DNA of 32,000 nt from Akkermansia muciniphila ATCC BAA-835 (GTDB lineage: Bacteria; Verrucomicrobiota; Verrucomicrobiia; Verrucomicrobiales; Akkermansiaceae), in assembly GCF_000020225.1 (NCBI RefSeq), contig NC_010655.1, positions 810,001 through 842,000 of the forward strand, written 5' to 3'. The notes beneath the pieces are model-generated. The model ran no database searches. It worked only from the letters and a program-made list of their open reading frames with translations, and had not been told where the DNA came from. Each line of letters opens with the position of its first letter. The stretch's first letter is position 1. A program made the position numbers and the translations under genes. This document shows positions 16,477-24,203 of the stretch, piece by piece.

Positions 16477-17499
16477 ATGTCTCCCAAACATCTAGCCAAT
16501 CCCCTCCACGGCATCCTGCTTATTGTTCTGTTTTCCTTTTCCGCTTTTTACATTGCTGATTTTGAATGGGTGAAACATCTTTCCCTCAGCCCGCTGATCG
16601 TCGGCATCGTGCTGGGAATGCTTTACGCCAACAGCCTGCGCAACCACCTTCCGGAAACATGGGTTCCCGGCATTCAGTTCTGCACCAAGCAGGTTTTGAG
16701 AACAGGCATTGTCCTGTACGGATTCAAACTGACTTTTCAAAGTGTCATCGACATCGGCGGCTCCGCCCTGGCGCTCGACCTTATTGTGGTCACTCTCACC
16801 ATTCTTCTGGGAGCCGGGCTGGGGCGCCTGCTGAAAATGGACAGGGACACGGCCCTGCTGACCTCCATCGGCAGTTCCATTTGCGGGGCAGCAGCCGTTC
16901 TGGGGGCGGAACCCGTCGTCAAAAGCAAACCTTACAAAGCCGCTGTGGCCGTTTCCACCGTGGTCATCTTCGGCACGCTCTCCATGTTTCTGTATCCAGC
17001 CCTGCACCGGGCCGGAATACTGGATCTGACGCCGGAACAAATGGGGCTTTTTACCGGAGCCACCCTTCATGAAGTGGCGCATGTGGTGGGCGCCGGCAAC
17101 GCCATGGGGCAAGCTATTTCCGATCCGGCCATTATCGTCAAAATGATCCGGGTAATGATGCTGGCCCCGGTGCTGGTCGTCCTGAGCATTGTCCTGGCCC
17201 GGAGGGACCCCTCTTCCGGAGCAAACGGGGAAAAACGGAAAATTACCATTCCCTGGTTCGCCTTCCTGTTCCTTGCCGTCATTGGCTTTAATTCCCTGCA
17301 CCTGCTGCCTGCCGGACTTGTGGACGCCATAAACACCCTGGATACATTCCTGCTGACCATGGCGATGACGGCCCTGGGCGCGGAATCCAGCTTTGAGAAG
17401 TTTAAAAAAGCCGGAGCGCGGCCTTTCCTGCTTGCAGGCTTCCTGTATATCTGGCTTTTCTTCGGAGGTTACTGGCTGGTCAAGCTGATCAGCCTCTAA
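16477..17499 (+). CDS. yeiH: YeiH/UPF0324-family membrane protein (putative sulfate-exporter family transporter)
   Basis: About 10 TM helices with family-typical blocks SPLIVGIVLGMLYAN, TKQVLRTGIVLYGFKLTF, GSSICGAAAVLG and GATLHEVAHVVGAG. It is adjacent to a LysR regulator, as yeiE/yeiH are in E. coli. Confidence 0.82.
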   Translation: MSPKHLANPLHGILLIVLFSFSAFYIADFEWVKHLSLSPLIVGIVLGMLYANSLRNHLPETWVPGIQFCTKQVLRTGIVLYGFKLTFQSVIDIGGSALALDLIVVTLTILLGAGLGRLLKMDRDTALLTSIGSSICGAAAVLGAEPVVKSKPYKAAVAVSTVVIFGTLSMFLYPALHRAGILDLTPEQMGLFTGATLHEVAHVVGAGNAMGQAISDPAIIVKMIRVMMLAPVLVVLSIVLARRDPSSGANGEKRKITIPWFAFLFLAVIGFNSLHLLPAGLVDAINTLDTFLLTMAMTALGAESSFEKFKKAGARPFLLAGFLYIWLFFGGYWLVKLISL

Positions 17500-17514
17500 A
17501 TTCTAAAAACATTC

Positions 17515-17563
17515 CTCCTGCGGAAAGAGGGCAAGGCCTACGCCCTGCCTTTCCGAACAGGAG
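17515..17563. terminator. Long imperfect hairpin after the YeiH-family gene (terminator-like, no U-tract on + strand)
   Basis: Nested stems ctcctg/caggag (17515-20 / 17558-63), cggaaag/ctttccg (17521-27 / 17549-55) and gggc/gccc (17529-32 / 17542-45). It is flanked by A5 upstream and A6 downstream, so a U-run follows only when read on the minus strand. Confidence 0.35.
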
Positions 17564-17880
17564 AAAAAAGCCGTTTCACCGGCAGAACGTGAGAACCGTT
17601 TCAGCACAGGTTCACCGCCTCGTTCCATCCTGATTTCCTGCCAGAAAATCCGGTTGAAAAGGATCACCGGAGAAACCATGCCGGCATGGGATGACGGAAC
17701 ATGCGGAGCGCCGCATCCTGCCCGCATTACTCCCTACTGGCCACCTGTGCCGCCCAATACAGACATCCTCTCTTTGCTTTCTCCGCTACTGCGGCAGGTT
17801 TTCCCGGTAAGGCTCAATAAAAATTCATAGTCAAACCGTTTGGAGACGCTATAGTATGCGTACCCAGTTCTTAAAAACAA

Positions 17881-18954
17881 ATGGCAACCAAATTATTCAT
17901 TCCCGGACCCACTGAAGTAGCACCTGAAGTACTTGCCGCCATGAGCGGCCCAATGATGGGACACCGATCCAAAGCGGCCTCCGCCCTGCAGCGCCGCATT
18001 TCCAACAATCTGCGCCGCATCCTGCTGACGGAACAGGAAATTCTGCTTTCCACTTCCTCCGGTACGGGCCTGATGGAAGGCGCCGTGCGTTCCTGCACCG
18101 CCAAACGCGCCGCCATTTTTTCCGTGGGCGCCTTCGGCGACAAATGGTACAAGATCGCTACGGGCAACGGCGTGCCCTCCGATATTTTCAAGAGCGAACT
18201 GGGGCAGCCCACTACCCCGGAAATGGTGGACGCCGCCCTCTCCACCGGCAAATACGACACCATTTGCATCACGCACAATGAGACGTCCACCGGCATCCAG
18301 AACCCGGTGGAGGAAATTGCGGAAGTGCTTAAAAAATACCCGGATGTCGTGTGGTGCATGGACGCCGTGAGTTCCGCCGCCGGCTCCCGGATTGAAACGG
18401 ACAAGCTGGGCGTGGACGTACTGGTGACCTCCACCCAGAAGGCGCTTGCCCTGCCTCCCGGCATGGCTGTCTGCACGCTATCCCAAAAAGCGTACGAACG
18501 CACCGCCTCCGTTCCCAACCGCGGCTGCTACTTTGACCTGCGTTCCATTTACGACACCATCCAGAAGAAGGACTACCAGTACACGAACACTCCCTGCATC
18601 TCCATCATGTACGCCATGGACCTCCAGCTCCAGCGCATCATGCAGGAAGGTGTGGAAAACCGCTTTGCGCGTCATGAAGCCATGGCCGAATTCGTGCGTT
18701 CCTGGGCGGATGAATATTTCAGCGTCTTTGCCAACCGGGACCACCTTTCCTGCACCCTGACGGTGATCAGCAACACGAGGGACATTGACATCGCCTCCCT
18801 GAACAACTCCCTGATCGAACGCGGCATGCAGCTCGGCAACGGTTACGGGGACTTGAAGAACAAAACGTTCCGCATTGCCCACATGGGCGAGCTGACGATG
18901 AATGACATGCGCTCCATCACGTCCAGCATCGTGGATATCCTGAAGCTCAAATAA
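17881..18954 (+). CDS. Class V PLP-dependent aminotransferase (AGXT/archaeal-type phosphoserine aminotransferase-like), probable serC-equivalent
   Basis: KLFIPGPTEVAPEVLAAM N-terminus, HNETSTG, DAVSS and the PLP-lysine block TSTQKAL. The serine-pathway role is inferred from the downstream serA. Confidence 0.82.
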   Translation: MATKLFIPGPTEVAPEVLAAMSGPMMGHRSKAASALQRRISNNLRRILLTEQEILLSTSSGTGLMEGAVRSCTAKRAAIFSVGAFGDKWYKIATGNGVPSDIFKSELGQPTTPEMVDAALSTGKYDTICITHNETSTGIQNPVEEIAEVLKKYPDVVWCMDAVSSAAGSRIETDKLGVDVLVTSTQKALALPPGMAVCTLSQKAYERTASVPNRGCYFDLRSIYDTIQKKDYQYTNTPCISIMYAMDLQLQRIMQEGVENRFARHEAMAEFVRSWADEYFSVFANRDHLSCTLTVISNTRDIDIASLNNSLIERGMQLGNGYGDLKNKTFRIAHMGELTMNDMRSITSSIVDILKLK

Positions 18955-18966
18955 GCGAGGCCCCTG

Positions 18967-18998
18967 CCCTCTTTTCCGGCTCCGTCCGGAAAAGAGGG
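18967..18998 (+). other. Perfect 13-bp stem-loop without a U-tract, 12 nt after the aminotransferase stop
   Basis: ccctcttttccgg (18967-18979) / ccggaaaagaggg (18986-18998), 6-nt loop. The downstream sequence cggaacgcc is not U-rich. Confidence 0.5.
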
Positions 18999-19283
18999 CG
19001 GAACGCCTCCGCCGGAACATGAACGGAACAATCGCCGGGAACAGGATACATCGCGGATATCCCGGAACTTGTTCATCTTTGATCTTTTCCGCATCCCGGC
19101 GGCATTCGTCATCGTCCAAGCTTTCAATCAGGCACGGTCTTTCCGGGACAACCCGTTCTTTCAGGACTCCATTTCACGTTATTTGCTGCTGTTCATTGCG
19201 GCATGCATTTTGGCCGGGCTTGTTTCCAGCATTCGTGCGCTATATCATCCTTCCCATTACTGACTTTCCGAACTCTTCCTTCC

Positions 19284-20537
19284 ATGTCCACTCTCCATCC
19301 CTTCCCCGCCCTGCGTCCTCCTCGGGAACTGGCCGCGCGGGTCTCCTCCCTCCCCTATGATGTCATGAACCACCGGGAAGCCGAGGAAATGGCCGCCGGA
19401 AATGACGCCTCTTTCCTCCATATCTGCCGTTCCGACATCGACACGAGCGAAGCTGCCATCCATGCCCCGGAAACCTACGCCAAGGCCAGGGAAAACCTGG
19501 AAAGGTTTGTCCGCGAAGGGTACCTCTTCCGGGATGAACGGCCGTCTTTCTACATCTACCGACAAATCATGTGGGGGCGCGTACAGACGGGCATCGTCGG
19601 CTGCGCCTCCGTGGATGAATATGCCAGCGGCGCCATTAAAAAGCACGAACTGACCCGCAGGGAAAAGGAACTTGACCGGATTGAGCATTTTGACGCCTGC
19701 TCCGCTCAGACGGAACCGGTATTCCTGGCCTACCGCAAACATGAAGGTCTTTCCGCCATCATCCGGGAATGGATTAAATTCCACAAACCCGAATATGATT
19801 TTACCACGGAGGACGGCGTCACCCATATCCTGTGGCCCGTTTCCGAGCCCGGCACGGTGGAAGACATCCGCAAAAGCTTTGAGGAAGTGGACGCCCTTTA
19901 CATTGCGGACGGGCACCACCGCACGGCTTCCAGCGCTGCCGTTTCCGCCAGGCGCCGCCAGAAACACCCGGACTACACGGGGCAGGAAGAATTCAACTAC
20001 CTGATGGCTGTCGTCTTTTGTGATGAAGACCTTTTCATCATGGACTACAACCGCGTCATACGCGACCTGAACGGCCTGACTGAAGAGGAATTCATGGAAA
20101 AACTCCGTACCTCCTTTGACATAAATCCTGTGGATACCATTCCCGGAGAAGGCTACGCCCCCCGCGCCAAGCATGAGTTCGGCATGTATCTGAATGGACG
20201 CTGGTATTCCGCCACGGCCAAACCGGGAACCTTCCCGGTCGGCCATCCCATCGAAAGCCTGGACTGCGCCATCCTCCAGGCGAATGTGCTGGCTCCCATT
20301 CTGGGCATTGACGATCCACGCACGAGCGACCGCATCGACTTCGTAGGAGGAATCCGCGGTCTGGGAGAACTGGAACGCCGCTGTTCCGGGGAAATGGCGC
20401 TGGCTTTCTCCCTGTATCCCGTCACCATGGCCGACCTTTTCCGCGTAGCGGACGCCGGAGAAATCATGCCTCCCAAATCCACCTGGTTTGAACCCAAGCT
20501 GCGCAGCGGGCTTTTTATCCATACCATTGAACAATAA
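19284..20537 (+). CDS. DUF1015 family protein (function unknown)
   Basis: The family-typical N-terminus MSTLHPFPALRPPRELAARVSSLPYDVM (PF.alRP......v...PYDV), ADGHHR and a length of ~417 aa. The ATG at 19284 is preferred over the track start at 19203. Confidence 0.78.
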   Translation: MSTLHPFPALRPPRELAARVSSLPYDVMNHREAEEMAAGNDASFLHICRSDIDTSEAAIHAPETYAKARENLERFVREGYLFRDERPSFYIYRQIMWGRVQTGIVGCASVDEYASGAIKKHELTRREKELDRIEHFDACSAQTEPVFLAYRKHEGLSAIIREWIKFHKPEYDFTTEDGVTHILWPVSEPGTVEDIRKSFEEVDALYIADGHHRTASSAAVSARRRQKHPDYTGQEEFNYLMAVVFCDEDLFIMDYNRVIRDLNGLTEEEFMEKLRTSFDINPVDTIPGEGYAPRAKHEFGMYLNGRWYSATAKPGTFPVGHPIESLDCAILQANVLAPILGIDDPRTSDRIDFVGGIRGLGELERRCSGEMALAFSLYPVTMADLFRVADAGEIMPPKSTWFEPKLRSGLFIHTIEQ

Positions 20538-20556
20538 TCTTTTCCACCGTACCAAC

Positions 20557-22128
20557 ATGAACAAGGTCCTTATTCCTACCAAACTCTCCGACGTAGCGGC
20601 CAACACGCTTAAAACGGCCGGCTATGAAGTCATCCAGGACGCTGATACGCCTCTGGAAAAACAGGTAGCCGCCCATCCGGATGCCGTGGCTCTGATCGTC
20701 CGCAGCGAAAAAGTCACTCCGGAAATCATGGACGCCCTTCCTTCCCTGAAGCTGGTCGTCCGCGCCGGAGCCGGTTACGACAACATTGACATTGTGTACG
20801 CCCGCAAAAAAAACGTGGACGTCATGAATACCCCCGGGGCCAACTCCAATGCTGTGGCGGAAGAAGTCATGGCCATGATTCTGGCCTACTACCGCCACAT
20901 CGTCCAGGCGGACGCCACCACCCGGGAAGGCCTGTGGGAAAAGAAAAAATACATGGGCAGCGAGCTGACCAAAAAGACGGTGGGCATCATCGGCCTGGGC
21001 AACATCGGCCGCAACCTCGTCAAGCGTCTGCAGGGATTTGAACCCATTCTGCTGGGCTACGATCACTTTCTGGCACGCCAGCGCGCCCTGAACATCGGCG
21101 TCACCCCTACCAGCATTGAAGATATTTTCTCCCAGTGCGACATTATTACCCTGCACGTTCCGGGCGGCCCCTCCACCCACCACATGGTGAACGCGGAGCT
21201 CATTGGAAAAATGAAAGACGGAGCAGTACTCATCAACTGCTCCCGCTACGGCGTGGTGGATGAAGAAGCGCTGGCCGCCGCCAAGGCCGCAGGCAAAAAC
21301 ATCGGCTACCTGACGGACGTACATCCCAAGGACGCGCCCGGAGAGAAGCCTTCCGCCCCCATTGCGGATTTGATTCTTCCCCACCTGGGAGCCAACACCC
21401 GGGAGGCCAATACGAAAGCGGCCAAACGCGCCGCAGAACAGATGATCGCCTACTTTTCCGACGGCGACACCTCCTGCGTGGTGAACGGGGAATCCCCCAG
21501 CGGCCTCAATCCGGCCCATCTTCAACTGGCGTTTCTGCTCGCCTCCCTGGCGCGCAAGGCCGGCGGCAACAAGCCCATCCGCCGCGTGGAATGCACTTTT
21601 TACGGCAACCTGCGCATTTTCCGCAAATGGTTTACGGCCCCCATTCTGGAAGGCCTTCTGCCGCATGCGGAAAAAGGGCTCATGCCTGCCGCCGCGGAAG
21701 AATCCCTGCGGGAGCACGGCATCGTTTTCAAAGCGAGGGAACCCAAAGACGACAAACCTTATGAAGATTCCATCACGCTGGACGTGGCCATGGAAGAGGA
21801 AGAGGAATATTTCCACACCAGCGTGCGCGGCGTGGTGACGGAAGGCATCCCCATGGTCTCCCGCCTGAACAATTTCAACGGATTGTACGCGGACCTGCGC
21901 GGCACGACATTATGCCTGCGCTACAAGGACCGCCCGGGTATTATCGCCCTCATCGGCTCCGCCCTGTCTTCCAATGGAATCAACATTGACAACATCGCCG
22001 CCCCGGCCGACCACGCCACCAGGGAGGCCCTGACCGTGATTAAGACCAACCAGCCGGTTTCCGATGAACTGCTGGATAAAATCGCGAAAGAGATAGATGC
22101 CATCTCTGCGTTTTCCCTGAATCTTTAA
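20557..22128 (+). CDS. serA: D-3-phosphoglycerate dehydrogenase, long form with C-terminal ASB/ACT regulatory domains
   Basis: MNKVLIPTKLS start. 2-hydroxyacid dehydrogenase NAD motif GIIGLGNIGRNL, catalytic-region blocks (LHVP, NCSRYGVVDE, HLGANTREA) and a C-terminal ACT-like segment (TLCLRYKDRPGIIALIGSALSSNGINI). Confidence 0.92.
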   Translation: MNKVLIPTKLSDVAANTLKTAGYEVIQDADTPLEKQVAAHPDAVALIVRSEKVTPEIMDALPSLKLVVRAGAGYDNIDIVYARKKNVDVMNTPGANSNAVAEEVMAMILAYYRHIVQADATTREGLWEKKKYMGSELTKKTVGIIGLGNIGRNLVKRLQGFEPILLGYDHFLARQRALNIGVTPTSIEDIFSQCDIITLHVPGGPSTHHMVNAELIGKMKDGAVLINCSRYGVVDEEALAAAKAAGKNIGYLTDVHPKDAPGEKPSAPIADLILPHLGANTREANTKAAKRAAEQMIAYFSDGDTSCVVNGESPSGLNPAHLQLAFLLASLARKAGGNKPIRRVECTFYGNLRIFRKWFTAPILEGLLPHAEKGLMPAAAEESLREHGIVFKAREPKDDKPYEDSITLDVAMEEEEEYFHTSVRGVVTEGIPMVSRLNNFNGLYADLRGTTLCLRYKDRPGIIALIGSALSSNGINIDNIAAPADHATREALTVIKTNQPVSDELLDKIAKEIDAISAFSLNL

Positions 22129-22164
22129 CAGGGAAAGACGCATTTCCGGAAACCTGCTTTTCAG

Positions 22165-22212
22165 ACCGCCCGCTTCCTTCATCTCCGGAGGGAAGCGGGC
22201 GGTTCTTATTTC
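22165..22212 (+). terminator. Rho-independent terminator after serA
   Basis: Perfect 13-bp stem accgcccgcttcc (22165-22177) / ggaagcgggcggt (22191-22203), followed by the U-rich tcttatttct. Confidence 0.85.
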
Positions 22213-22219
22213 TGCCATG

Positions 22220-22248
22220 TTGACAAGGCTTACCCATTTTTATATCAT
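22220..22248 (+). promoter_or_regulatory. Sigma70-like promoter for the coiled-coil protein gene
   Basis: TTGACA (22220-22225), a 17-nt spacer and TATCAT (22243-22248). It lies 25 nt upstream of the ATG at 22273. Confidence 0.55.
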
Positions 22249-22272
22249 TGACTGAATCGTCGGAACATATCC

Positions 22273-23322
22273 ATGCGCTACGTACTGCTTCTCCTTACCT
22301 TGTTAACCGCCGGATTTTCCGTCTGGTACTATCAAAACCGCATTTCCCCGGAAGGAAAGGAACTGGCCGCCCAAAAAACAACATTGGAACAGGAGGCCGC
22401 AATATTGGAAAAAGCCGTTATCCAATCCCGAAAGAAGCTGGATGATGCCCAGGATGCCACCCGGGCGGCGGAAGAAGACATAGAGAGATTCCAGCAAGCT
22501 TATCTCCAACAAAAAAGGCAACAGCATCAGGAAATCCAGGATTCCGCCTACCAAAAAAGCGTGGCGGACCAGCAGGAAGAAGTGAAGGAACACGACCAAA
22601 AGATTGACCGGCTGCGCCGCCGCATGAAAAGGCAAAGGGAAAGCACCAAATCCGCCAGGGAGGAACTGCTCCGGAAAAAGGAGGGAATGAGAACCCAGCT
22701 TGACAGGCTGACCGATCAGCAGAGGAGCATTCAGGCGGAACTGGAACAGGCGGAACGCGAACTGGCCCAAAAACGGGAAGAGGCCAAAAGCAGGAAGAAA
22801 TTGTCCGGGATTGCCCCTCAGAAGGGAAATATTTCCGAACTTCAGACACAGATGAACCTTATCCGCCAGAAAACCGCAGCTGCTAAGGAAAAAATGAAAG
22901 CCGTAGATGCGGCGCTGGAAACTCTGGAAGAAAAGTCTGGCAAACAGGAACGCCTGATGCAGAAGGCGGAGGAGAAACTCACCCAACAGAAAAACAAGGT
23001 TCTGGCCGACGATGACCGGGACGAATCCGCTGTCCCGGAACCGGGCGATGAAGACTTGCTGGCGTCTGCCGAATACAGGGAGCTGTCCAGAGATGTACGG
23101 AAAACTCTGGAACAGGCCCGTAAAAAAGAAGAACAGGCATCCCGGGCCTATGACGAAGCCCGCGCGGCCATGCGGAAAGTCTCCAGGGAAGAAGTGAAAA
23201 AGCTGGCAAAGAAGGAAAAAGACCATGCCTCCTTTCAGAAGCTGTTCACGGGTGCAGCCTCCGTCGCGGGATTTATCCTGCTCCTGTTCACGGGTGCGGC
23301 CTTCCGCAGCAGCAACAGTTGA
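22273..23322 (+). CDS. Long coiled-coil protein with hydrophobic helices at both termini (hypothetical)
   Basis: N-terminal TM helix (YVLLLLTLLTAGFSVWYY), ~300 aa of E/K/Q/R-rich heptad-like sequence, and a C-terminal TM helix (AASVAGFILLLFTGAAF). It has its own promoter and follows the serA terminator. Confidence 0.7.
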   Translation: MRYVLLLLTLLTAGFSVWYYQNRISPEGKELAAQKTTLEQEAAILEKAVIQSRKKLDDAQDATRAAEEDIERFQQAYLQQKRQQHQEIQDSAYQKSVADQQEEVKEHDQKIDRLRRRMKRQRESTKSAREELLRKKEGMRTQLDRLTDQQRSIQAELEQAERELAQKREEAKSRKKLSGIAPQKGNISELQTQMNLIRQKTAAAKEKMKAVDAALETLEEKSGKQERLMQKAEEKLTQQKNKVLADDDRDESAVPEPGDEDLLASAEYRELSRDVRKTLEQARKKEEQASRAYDEARAAMRKVSREEVKKLAKKEKDHASFQKLFTGAASVAGFILLLFTGAAFRSSNS

Positions 23323-23428
23323 ACGTCTGCCGGAAAATGAAATGCACGGAGAACAAGGAAGCACCCGCCTGCCCTCAGGGAGTCGTTGACGGACGGCAGG
23401 GATATGATAGTCTCAGGCCAGCCTGATC

Positions 23429-24112
23429 ATGCTCACACTGGCCCAGATTCACGGACAACCGGAAATTTTCCATTCCATTCAGGGGGAAGGAGTCTCCCAG
23501 GGAACACCCTGCGTTTTCCTGCGTCTGGCAGGCTGCAATCTGGCCTGTTCCTGGTGTGATACGGCGTATTCCTGGAACGGAACGGTTCCCGGAGTGCGCC
23601 TCGCGCCTGAAAAGGCGGCTGAACTGGTGCTCCATTATCCATGCCGCCGCCTGGTCCTGACCGGAGGGGAGCCGCTCATTCAGCAAAAGGCGCTTCCCGC
23701 CCTGCTGCGCCTGTTGCCGGATCATGCCGTGGAAATGGAAACCAACGGCACCATCATGCCGGATACGGAACTGCTGAAACGCGTCACGCAATTCAACGTA
23801 TCTCCCAAACTCCCCCATTCAGGCAATAACGACGTTAAGACTTGGAAACCGGATATCCTGCGCTGTCTGGCGGGTACGGAGAAAGCCTGGTTCAAATTCG
23901 TCGTGGCGTGCGAGGACGATGTCAGGGCCGTTCTGCAGCGGGCTTCCGAAGCGGACATTCCCCCGGAACGAATTCTGATCATGCCCCTGGCCTCCACACG
24001 GGATGAGTTGAACGCCATGCGTCCGCAGGCGGTGGAATGGTGTCTCCGCTACGGTCTTCGTTTTTCAGACCGTCTGCATATCGCCATCTGGAACAGCAAA
24101 AAAGGCGTTTAA
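23429..24112 (+). CDS. queE: 7-carboxy-7-deazaguanine synthase (radical SAM)
   Basis: EIFHSIQGEGVSQGTPCVFLRLAGCNLACSWCDT carries the QueE N-terminal signature with the CxxxCxxC cluster motif. The length (227 aa) also fits. Confidence 0.88.
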   Translation: MLTLAQIHGQPEIFHSIQGEGVSQGTPCVFLRLAGCNLACSWCDTAYSWNGTVPGVRLAPEKAAELVLHYPCRRLVLTGGEPLIQQKALPALLRLLPDHAVEMETNGTIMPDTELLKRVTQFNVSPKLPHSGNNDVKTWKPDILRCLAGTEKAWFKFVVACEDDVRAVLQRASEADIPPERILIMPLASTRDELNAMRPQAVEWCLRYGLRFSDRLHIAIWNSKKGV

Positions 24113-24203
24113 GCACGCTCCTGACTCATCAGGAAAGACAAATGCTTCCCGCTTTTCCGGCCGGAATTCCGCAAGCCTCCAAGGCTCTGCGCCATCGGGA
24201 AAC

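Noticed and set aside
17503-17727. 74-aa minus-strand ORF in the 380-bp gap after the YeiH-family gene
   Set aside because: Its sequence is unremarkable and its 3' end runs into the long hairpin. It has no start context. I also looked for known ncRNA signatures (RNase P, SRP, tmRNA, 6S-like) in 17500-17880 and recognised none.
19069-19263. 64-aa + strand ORF with one hydrophobic segment between the aminotransferase and DUF1015 genes
   Set aside because: It has no SD and no family recognition, and it overlaps another equally weak ORF (19019..19360). I cannot support it from sequence alone, so I keep it only as a note inside the spacer finding.
19257-21816. Minus-strand ORFs 19257..20606 (449 aa) and 20515..21816 (433 aa)
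   Set aside because: They are antisense to DUF1015 and serA, both of which have clear family signatures. The antisense products are G/F/R/V-rich with no motifs.
22303-23364. 353-aa minus-strand ORF co-extensive with the coiled-coil gene
   Set aside because: GAA/AAG/CAG-rich sense codons remove stops from the antisense frame, giving an F/L/P-rich product. The sense gene has a promoter, a sensible start and TM helices.
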